Shown here piece after piece: positions 62,567-64,000 of a stretch of DNA of 64,000 bases. Both the position numbers and the translations under genes were made by a program. Each line of letters opens with the position of its first letter. The stretch's first letter is position 1. Below the pieces are notes generated by a model. That model was given only the letters and a program-made list of their open reading frames with translations. It was not told the DNA's origin and did no database searches. This DNA comes from Gallionella sp. (GTDB taxonomy: Bacteria; Pseudomonadota; Gammaproteobacteria; Burkholderiales; Gallionellaceae): NCBI GenBank assembly GCA_028688275.1, contig JAQTYN010000003.1, positions 1,358-65,357 of the forward strand, in the 5' to 3' direction.

Positions 62567-64000
62567 CTACCCCAACCTAACTTGTAAGTTTAACTTAAAC
62601 AGAAACTTATTGTTTTCTCTGTAAATTTGTCCAAAGCGATGCCGCGTACTAGAAGGCGTGTCAAAAAAAGCGTGCTGGTAAAAATAATCTTTTAATTGCT
62701 GATAGTGGTTGGTGTGGTAAAAAACCAGCTCGCCATCTTGCCGTACAACTAACGCGCCATTCGCCGACAAATTGCCGTCCCATGTTTGATTCGGGAAAAT
62801 TCCTAGCATGGAATACTGAATAAAATCACGCAATCGAATATGCACGACAGTTACGTCGTCACTTGCCGCGAGGCAAGTCTTGGGATATTCCGCCAAGTAT
62901 TTGGTGATTTTCTTTCGGAAAAACGCCAGTAGTGCGTCCGCCATCATCGAGGGCATGGCGGTATCGACTTTGCGCAAATTGGATTCGTAAGTCTTGTTTT
63001 CACAACCGTAAAAATGAAACTGCCCACCTGCGTTCAAAATAGCAAGAATACGATCTTTGATTTTTGACTTGGTTTCGATGTGGTTAATATCATCAACCGC
63101 ATCTGGATTTAATCCACTGATTTCGTAAATAAAATTGGTGGCTTGCGACGCGTTAATCAACGTCGGATTCGCGCCTAAAAAGGACTTGATACCAATACCT
63201 TGATCGGCAAATAACAGATTTCCTTCTTCAAAATCCAGATGAAAATCTGCCTTGTCGCCCGAAGTGCCTTTGGTTTTGGTGAGTTGCAACAACTCCGTTG
63301 TTTGGGTAATTTTTTCGTTAGAGAAAGTTGCTTTACCCGCTTTAATTTCTTGCGCTAAGGCACTAATTTCCTCGCTCGAAAACAAGGCACTCAGGGCAAT
63401 TTTAGTGATGGTATCTGCGTGGATAATTTCAATATCCAGCGCGTTTAAATTCAACGCCGTGTCGCCATTTTTAATCCGAATCACCCGCACCGCATCGCTG
63501 GTGGGATTGCCTTGCGCATCGCCATAATGCAGCAAACGTTGATGAATGAGTTTAATCACCGCGTACAACTCACTTAATTCGCCTTTGTTACGAGTAATCT
63601 CCATATCATTCCCCCGTAAATTTTGCTGCATATAGTGCAAAGTGCTTTTCGCCACGGCAGACACGACATCTACGCACACGCTATTGCCCAGCTGTTTCAT
63701 CGCCTGCGTTTTAGAAACAGGAAATTGATAATCGGCGGGAAAGCCCATCATTTCGGTCGCTTCTTTTAAACCAATACGGCGCACTTCGTCATTAACCCGA
63801 TAAAATTCCCAGTTGCGCCTATCATCAATGACAGAACCTTTGCCGCCGACCCGTAAAGTGAAGCCGACTTTTTTCTCGCAAGGCGCGTTAAAAATATCCG
63901 ACATAGTTTTGGTCAGAAGCAACGGTGTAGGGAAGACAAATGGACGGCGCGTATCCACGCTACAGCGATCAAATCCCACGATAAAAACCCGTGCGCGATG
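62567..64000 (-). CDS. C5-cytosine methyltransferase C-terminus in frame with an HpaII-family restriction endonuclease (5'-partial)
   Basis: Frame is open from the window edge: HRARVFIVGF (motif VIII), MMGFP, AMKQLGNSV (motif X). It continues without a stop into MEITRNKGELSELYA..GDKAD..GIKSFLGANPTLINAS..DTPSSTRHRFG (ATG at 63604). Confidence 0.88.
   Translation of the reverse strand, partial: HRARVFIVGFDRCSVDTRRPFVFPTPLLLTKTMSDIFNAPCEKKVGFTLRVGGKGSVIDDRRNWEFYRVNDEVRRIGLKEATEMMGFPADYQFPVSKTQAMKQLGNSVCVDVVSAVAKSTLHYMQQNLRGNDMEITRNKGELSELYAVIKLIHQRLLHYGDAQGNPTSDAVRVIRIKNGDTALNLNALDIEIIHADTITKIALSALFSSEEISALAQEIKAGKATFSNEKITQTTELLQLTKTKGTSGDKADFHLDFEEGNLLFADQGIGIKSFLGANPTLINASQATNFIYEISGLNPDAVDDINHIETKSKIKDRILAILNAGGQFHFYGCENKTYESNLRKVDTAMPSMMADALLAFFRKKITKYLAEYPKTCLAASDDVTVVHIRLRDFIQYSMLGIFPNQTWDGNLSANGALVVRQDGELVFYHTNHYQQLKDYFYQHAFFDTPSSTRHRFGQIYRENNKFLFKLNLQVRLG

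Overview
A 64 kb stretch of a betaproteobacterial chromosome. Gene content and order suggest a Nitrosomonadales/Gallionellaceae-like organism (inference). A 28-bp dif-like XerCD site at 39525-39552 places the window at or near the replication terminus, and KOPS-type octamers mostly point towards it from both sides. The housekeeping backbone is a class I aldolase, hpnE, uvrB, tRNA-Pro(GGG), hppA, trpB-trpA-accD-folC-dedD-cvpA-purF-metZ, S2P-trpS-tadA, gyrA-serC-serA-pheA-hisC-aroF-trpF, pilin, smpB and rlmB. Accessory content includes two clusters of intact and decayed toxin-antitoxin genes (one with a nucleotidyltransferase/73-aa partner pair), a HEPN-motif ORF, and a porin + heavy-metal RND pump + two-component block followed by DUF928 and a CHASE2 cyclase. 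There is also a Septu-like ATPase+HNH pair slotted without a promoter gap between accD and folC, a PIN-domain gene between trpS and tadA, two tandem porin paralogues, and an HpaII-family endonuclease in one open frame with a C5-methyltransferase C-terminus at the right edge. Two sequence-level signals stand out. CCGG, the HpaII site, is almost absent: I found 2 copies in 64 kb by eye. At least four families of short palindromic repeats fill the intergenic spaces, and two have inserted in frame into the essential folC gene. All annotations come from motif recognition without database searches.
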